Source: Chloroflexi bacterium UBA5189 (GTDB taxonomy: Bacteria; Chloroflexota; Limnocylindria; Limnocylindrales; CSP1-4). From it: a DNA stretch of 64,000 nt. The translations under genes were made by a program, and so were the position numbers. Below are positions 61,004 through 64,000 of this stretch, in pieces; within the stretch, counting starts at the first letter, position 1, and every line of letters starts with the position of its first letter. The stretch spans positions 149,241 through 213,240 of the forward strand of contig DHWF01000031.1 of NCBI GenBank assembly GCA_002413045.1. The letters are read 5' to 3'. Below the pieces are notes generated by a model, which was not told where the DNA came from, made no database searches, and was given only the letters and a program-made list of their open reading frames with translations.

Positions 61004-62277
61004 TGGCAACCCAAGCCATCGGGTCGGAGGCAACCCGCCCGCAGATCGCCGTCGCCATGCCCGAGCCGGAGCGCAGCGAGGTCGTCGCCGGGCTCGGCGA
61101 GGCGGGCTTCGATGCGTTCTCGATCGACCTCGATGCTCCCCTCGCCGAAGGATTCCGCCCTGGCACGGAGCACCTCCTCGCCGTCATCGACGTCTCGGGC
61201 AAGGCCGCCGCCGCGGCCGCCAACGTCGCCAACGCACGCCGCGGCCGGCCGCACGGCCTGTCTGTGGTGTTCGTCGCCACCGACCAGGACCTCGACGCCC
61301 TCCAGGCGGCCGGCATCGACCAGGCCGACGAGCTGATGCTCCGGCCGTTCAAGGTGGACGAGCTGCGCTGGCGCCTCGAGGCGATGGCGATCCGGGCCCA
61401 GGTCCCGACGAGCTCCAGCTCCGATGCGGTGCTCTCGGGCGGCGGCGTCGACTCCGGCTGGTCGCCGGCCGTTCCGGTGTTCGCCGTGTTCAATCCGAAG
61501 GGCGGCGTCGGCAAGACGACGATCGCAACCAACCTCGCGGCGGTCCTCCAGCTTCGCAAGCACATGAACGTGCTGCTGGTCGACGGCGACACCGTCACGG
61601 GTCACGTCGGCCTGTCGCTGGGACTGCCGAACGGCCGGTCGATGGCAGACAGCTGGGTCGACGAGGACGCGGGCTACGGCCACGAGTCGCTGCTCGACCT
61701 CGCGACCCTGCACAGCTCCGGCATCCGCGTCGTCGCGCTGTCGACGAACCCGCTACACCAGCCGAACCTCGTGCCGGCCCGTGTCGCCGACGCGATCCTG
61801 GAGGCGCGCCAGGGCGTGGACGCCATCGTGATCGACCTGCACCCGTCCTACAGCGAGGTCAACCTCGCCGTGTTCGCAATCGCCGATCGCATCCTCGTCC
61901 CCGTGACGCCGGACCTGCCCGCCATGCGCGCGGCGATCCAGCTCAAGGACGTCGCGGTCGAGGTCGGCGTGCGGGACCGCTTGGCGATGATCATCAACCG
62001 GGCCAACAGCGGCGTGGCCGTCGCCGACATGGAGACGACCGTTGGCATGAAGGCGATGGCCCAGATCCGCTCGGCCGGGCTCCACTTCGTGTGGTCCGCG
62101 AACGCGGGCAAGACGCTCATCGACAAGTTCCCGAAGCATCCGGCAACGGGCGACTTCGAGCAGCTCGCGGACCGGCTCCTGTCCGCCCACGCGGGCACAG
62201 CGACCGTCGACCGCCCGAAGGAATCCAGCTCGATGCTCAAGAACCTGTTCGGGCGAAAGGCGATCTCCGAAGCCTGA
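61003..62277 (+). CDS. Receiver-like domain fused to a ParA/MinD/CpaE-type P-loop ATPase
   Basis: Deviant Walker A FNPKGGVGKTTIATNLA. VDGDTVTGHV. N-terminal ~130 aa has CheY-like topology but I could not see the phospho-acceptor Asp clearly. Confidence 0.8.
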   Translation: MATQAIGSEATRPQIAVAMPEPERSEVVAGLGEAGFDAFSIDLDAPLAEGFRPGTEHLLAVIDVSGKAAAAAANVANARRGRPHGLSVVFVATDQDLDALQAAGIDQADELMLRPFKVDELRWRLEAMAIRAQVPTSSSSDAVLSGGGVDSGWSPAVPVFAVFNPKGGVGKTTIATNLAAVLQLRKHMNVLLVDGDTVTGHVGLSLGLPNGRSMADSWVDEDAGYGHESLLDLATLHSSGIRVVALSTNPLHQPNLVPARVADAILEARQGVDAIVIDLHPSYSEVNLAVFAIADRILVPVTPDLPAMRAAIQLKDVAVEVGVRDRLAMIINRANSGVAVADMETTVGMKAMAQIRSAGLHFVWSANAGKTLIDKFPKHPATGDFEQLADRLLSAHAGTATVDRPKESSSMLKNLFGRKAISEA

Positions 62278-62941
62278 CCGGCAGCTCCGCGAGGCTGTCG
62301 ACCACCAGGTCCGCGCCGGGCGGGGCCTCGCGAGGCGCGTTGATCCAGGCCCATGGCCCCCGCCTGAGGAACACGGCAACCATGCCTGCTGCGTGCGCCG
62401 GGGTGACGTCGAAGTCGGTGCGGTCGCCGACGTACGCGATCTCCGCGGGCGGCAGGTCCAGCTCGTGCGCGATCCGCGCGAAGAACGCCGCGTCCGGCTT
62501 GTGCAGGCCCCAGACGTCGGACATGCCGTTGACGGCGAGCGGGACCGGCAGCGTGGCCATCACGTCGGCGGTCGTCGGCGGCTGGTTGGCGGCCACGCCC
62601 ACGCGATAGCCGTCGGCGACGAGCGCCTGGAGGCACCCGATCGCGTCCGGGTAAAGGTCGTCCAGCGCGATCGATTCGTAGTCGCCGGTCTCGACGAGGC
62701 GACGCCACTCCGCGTCGATGTCGTAGCCCGGGTGGAACAGGTCGAACACGTTGCGGTGTGACTCGCCGCGGGCAAGCCCCGCACCCAGGGCCGCCATGAA
62801 GGTCAACCGCGTCACGCCGAGCCGATCCGCCCAGCCCGACCACACCCGCGTCTCGTCGACGAGCGTCTCGCCGACGTCGAACACCACCGCCTTGACCTGG
62901 CGCGCCGTGTCGGGGCGCGCGGCGCCGCCGATTTCCGTCAT
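62237..62941 (-). CDS. HAD-superfamily hydrolase
   Basis: Motif I-like AVVFDVGETLVD (second Asp replaced by Gly). Motif IV YVGDRTDFD. 41-nt convergent overlap with the ParA-like gene. Confidence 0.7.
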   Translation of the reverse strand: MTEIGGAARPDTARQVKAVVFDVGETLVDETRVWSGWADRLGVTRLTFMAALGAGLARGESHRNVFDLFHPGYDIDAEWRRLVETGDYESIALDDLYPDAIGCLQALVADGYRVGVAANQPPTTADVMATLPVPLAVNGMSDVWGLHKPDAAFFARIAHELDLPPAEIAYVGDRTDFDVTPAHAAGMVAVFLRRGPWAWINAPREAPPGADLVVDSLAELPVRLRRSPFARTGS

Positions 62942-63159
62942 TTGTGCTCCCGCTGCACGCTAGTCACCGAATTCCCGCCAAATTCTCGCCCTTCGCAACA
63001 TCTGGCACCGTTGCGCCCGCGATCCGTGCGTGGGCTCGCCGCGACACCCGCGCGCGGTGGTGACGAGCTTGCACCAGCGGCAAATCTGACGGGACAACCT
63101 GGGCGGATCGGCGCAGCGGGTGGCGCGTGCGATGGTCGCCGCTGAGATGTCGTTCGAGG

Positions 63160-64000
<841 letters not shown>

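Noticed and set aside
63010-63130. A third copy of the 210-bp repeat in the HAD/acs intergenic region.
   Set aside because: Only short matches (GACGAGCTTGC, GTGGGCT, GGCAAATCTG), with different spacing. I cannot distinguish this from chance by eye.

Overview
High-GC (by eye about 70%) gene-dense bacterial chromosomal window. I support about 66 protein-coding genes on both strands. I found no rRNA, tRNA, CRISPR array, transposase, integrase or recombinase. Gene content (PAC2-family protein, two DUF385/F420-type oxidoreductases, LCP and SpoIID/LytB wall enzymes, ThyX, cobalamin-type NrdJ, several ECF sigma factors, three class III nucleotide cyclases) fits an actinobacterial or Chloroflexota-like soil or freshwater lineage; that taxonomy is inference only. 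Most long ORFs in the six-frame track are antisense or out-of-frame shadows of real genes (Arg/Pro/Gly/Ala-rich, no motifs). Many track ORFs are also 5'-extended into the upstream gene, so I re-set starts using ATGA/GTGA/TTGA/TGATG stop-start overlaps, signal peptides and domain boundaries. Starts are therefore approximate.

Main points worth a second look:
1. A diverged ~210-bp inverted repeat pair (40836-41047 and 44861-45068) brackets a 3.8-kb, unusually noncoding-rich island.
2. That island carries a DUF2089/DUF4097/SHOCT-like operon and a ~300-nt structured noncoding stretch ending in a perfect intrinsic terminator.
3. Next to the island is a GreA elongation-factor domain with no start codon of its own, fused in frame to a GIY-YIG-like N-terminal domain.
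4. Three 20-bp tandem repeats place an Ala-Ala-His-stop ending in all three frames after a DUF385 gene.
5. An Lsr-like SorC regulator plus FGGY kinase is translationally coupled to a NitT/TauT-type ABC importer.
6. Four DnaA-box-like sites cluster within 75 bp between moaA and the purine nucleoside phosphorylase gene.
7. A self-contained cNMP module pairs two stand-alone cNMP-binding proteins with a cyclase-STAND protein.

All functional calls come from motif recognition by eye. No database search was run.
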